From assembly GCA_903813345.2 (NCBI GenBank), contig CAIIXF020000001.1:14074001-14138000 (forward strand): a stretch of DNA of 64,000 nt, given 5' to 3'. This document shows positions 63,393-64,000 of the stretch, piece by piece. A model generated the notes under the pieces. That model saw nothing but the letters and a program-made list of their open reading frames with translations. It did not search any database and had not been told where the DNA came from. This DNA comes from Owenia fusiformis (taxonomy: Eukaryota). A program made the translations under genes and the position numbers. The first letter of the stretch is position 1, and each line of letters opens with the position of its first letter.

Positions 63393-64000
63393 AGGAGCAC
63401 GGAGGAACATCAGTCTGCAAAGGAACACATGGTACAGAGAAAATCACATCTCTCCAAAATGTGCGAGCTGTTCCGACGTTCAACAGAATACGAGAACCCA
63501 CAATTGTTTTACCGCTATCCCCAAACCTACATTCGCAATATAACATTCCCAACGTATCCATTCCACCTACTCTGGTGTCCAGTTTTCAAAGCTGGATATA
63601 CAAACTGGAATAAGACATTTCTTGATTTAGATGCTAAGTTGGATCCTCGATCAACAGATATAACAAATAGTTCAAATATTGACACTAAACATCACCATGT
63701 GAGATTTCTGATTGTACGCAACCCCTGGGAGAGATTGTTATCGGCATTTCTGGATAGATTAGAGTATCATCCCCAAATGAAATCATTTCAACGGGATCAC
63801 TTCGGACGCCTAATAATGGCCAAATACCACAATGTCAATGCCTCGGCGTTACCTTACGAAAAGATCAATGTGACGTTTCAAGAGTTCTTGCAATTCATAG
63901 TAGATGAGCCCCGACAGACAAAACATCATTTAGCTGACCATTGGGTCCAATATTATGAATATTGTAAACCTTGTGATATAGACTATAATTACATTGGGAA
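63393..64000 (+). CDS. Carbohydrate sulfotransferase 2, catalytic exon (runs off the right edge; absent from the ORF track)
   Basis: Acceptor ttccag|AGG. Hand translation open to 64000: LWCPVFKAGYTNW, FLIVRNPWERLLSAF, TFQEFLQFI, DHWVQYYEYCKPCDIDYNYIG. Confidence 0.93.

Overview
AT-rich, intron-containing animal genomic DNA, most consistent with an invertebrate such as an annelid or mollusc (inference; the species cannot be determined from the sequence). Genes supported by hand translation and splice-site reading: (1) the 5' part of meiotic MSH5 on the minus strand (7 coding exons, 5954 down to 1232, continuing off the left edge); (2) a tRNA-Phe(GAA) gene with a 26-nt intron at the canonical 37/38 position; (3) a single-exon PTB-domain adaptor gene; (4) a single-exon 671-aa ORF of unknown function with an X-box-like upstream motif; (5) a tachykinin-related neuropeptide precursor with FxAxR-amide peptides, whose intron carries a 3.3-kb satellite; (6) two tandem, divergent carbohydrate sulfotransferase genes, the second running off the right edge. 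The rest holds many non-autonomous DNA transposons (mariner fold-back, PIF/Harbinger deletion derivatives, Kolobok-like, Academ-like with 9-bp TSDs, Tc1-like MITEs), LINE scraps and tandem arrays. The most unusual observations are a tandem array built from an MSH5 exon end plus its splice donor, the intron-containing tRNA-Phe, and the Ala-type tachykinin precursor. The long ORFs over the satellites are artefacts. No database searches were run; family assignments rest on recognised motifs.
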